Origin: a virus
Lineage: Duplodnaviria; Heunggongvirae; Uroviricota; Caudoviricetes
Virus record (IMG/VR): IMGVR_UViG_2698536355_000010
Strand: one strand, 5' to 3'
Length of the DNA: 39,062 nt
The translations under genes and the position numbers were made by a program. How positions within the stretch are numbered: the first letter of the stretch is position 1; each line of letters starts with the position of its first letter. Below the pieces are notes generated by a model. It searched no databases, was not told where the DNA came from, and worked only from the letters and a program-made list of their open reading frames with translations. Below, one piece after another: positions 38,010 to 39,062 of the stretch.

Positions 38010-39062
38010 ATGGCAGTACGAAAACTAACCACAGGGAAATGGCTTTGCGAATGTTACCCCGCCGGACGAAGTGGGCGTCGTGTGCGTAAACAATTCGCTA
38101 CCAAAGGCGAAGCACTGGCTTTTGAGCGCCACACGATGGAAGAAACCGAAGCAAAGCCCTGGCTGGGTGAATCAGTGGATCGTCGAACACTGAAAGACGT
38201 GGTTGAGCTATGGTTCAAACTACATGGTAAATCTCTGACAGCTGGGCAGCATGTCTATGACAAATTGCTGTTGATGGTTGACGCTCTGGGCAATCCTCTT
38301 GCAACCGATCTCACCTCTAAAATGTTTGCCCACTATCGAGATAAACGCCTGACAGGCGAGATCTACTTCAGCGAGAAATGGAAGAAAGGAGCAAGCCCGG
38401 TCACCATTAACCTGGAGCAAAGCTATCTAAGTAGTGTTTTTAGCGAACTATCCCGTCTGGGCGAATGGTCGTATCCGAACCCACTGGAGAACATGCGAAA
38501 ATTCACCATCGCAGAAAAAGAGATGGCATGGCTTACCCATGAGCAGATTGTTGAATTGCTGGCTGATTGCAAACGTCAGGACCCAATTCTGGCACTGGTA
38601 GTTAAGATATGCTTAAGCACAGGCGCACGCTGGCGTGAAGCCGTAAATCTTACCCGCTCACAGGTGACCAAATACCGAATTACCTTTGTCAGAACGAAGG
38701 GGAAGAAAAACAGAAGCATCCCTATCAGTAAAGAGCTTTACGAAGAGATCATGGCGCTTGATGGGTTCAATTTCTTCACAGACTGCTATTTTCAATTTTT
38801 ATCCGTGATGGAAAAAACGTCTATCGTGCTCCCTCGCGGTCAACTCACACACGTTCTGCGCCATACGTTTGCGGCGCACTTCATGATGTCGGGTGGAAAC
38901 ATTCTGGCCTTACAAAAAATTCTCGGACACCACGATATAAAAATGACTATGCGTTACGCACATCTGGCACCGGATCATCTAGAAACGGCGCTCCGTTTCA
39001 ATCCTCTGGCAACGCTGCCAAGTGGCGACAAAGTGGCGGCAGCGGTTGGCATTACCCCGTAA
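38010..39062 (+). CDS. int: tyrosine integrase
   Basis: 350 aa; LSTGARWREA, HVLRHTFA and MRYAHL blocks match P2-family Int; stop at the window edge. Confidence 0.9.
   Translation: MAVRKLTTGKWLCECYPAGRSGRRVRKQFATKGEALAFERHTMEETEAKPWLGESVDRRTLKDVVELWFKLHGKSLTAGQHVYDKLLLMVDALGNPLATDLTSKMFAHYRDKRLTGEIYFSEKWKKGASPVTINLEQSYLSSVFSELSRLGEWSYPNPLENMRKFTIAEKEMAWLTHEQIVELLADCKRQDPILALVVKICLSTGARWREAVNLTRSQVTKYRITFVRTKGKKNRSIPISKELYEEIMALDGFNFFTDCYFQFLSVMEKTSIVLPRGQLTHVLRHTFAAHFMMSGGNILALQKILGHHDIKMTMRYAHLAPDHLETALRFNPLATLPSGDKVAAAVGITP

Larger units (their letters stand above)
2780..39062. mobile_element. P2-family (186-like) prophage, right junction inside window, left end (attL) beyond window
   Basis: Contiguous syntenic P2-type gene order from ogr to int; host genes only at 1..2620; exact att core not determinable from one junction. 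Confidence 0.8.

Noticed and set aside
1-39062. CRISPR arrays, tRNA or rRNA genes
   Set aside because: No regularly spaced direct repeats and no tRNA-like cloverleaf regions noticed by eye; a tRNA scan was not run, so small RNAs cannot be excluded.

Overview
The window is an Escherichia-type chromosomal locus (grxA, ybjM, ybjL; 1..2620) followed from about 2.8 kb to the window end by an almost complete P2-family prophage with a phage-186-like lysogeny module. Prophage genes run ogr/B, then the tail genes D-U-T-E(E')-FII-FI, a Gin/Hin-family invertase with an invertible tail-fibre segment, H-I-J-W-V, S-R-lysis-X-L, head genes M-N-O, terminase P, portal Q, a cos-like site, replication gene A, dam, CII/Apl/CI and integrase at the far edge. 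All calls come from reading the ORF translations and the DNA by eye against remembered family sequences; no searches were run. The backbone is GC-balanced, and set into it are four strongly AT-rich cargo loci of unknown function: a three-gene operon between portal Q and cos (26211..28438), a SIR2-like gene between tail genes S and V (15885..17405), an HNH-domain gene at the old/tin position next to cos (28791..29510), and a membrane-anchored coiled-coil protein with a T5orf172/GIY-YIG-like C-terminus between cI and int (36251..37927). The three-gene operon and the SIR2-like gene are the best candidates for undescribed anti-phage systems. Sequence-visible regulatory features include a -1 frameshift site for E+E', three related TGT-N12-ACA late-promoter dyads, a LexA box ahead of a DinI-like module, a cos-like site, an operator-like palindrome in the switch region and several hairpin terminators.
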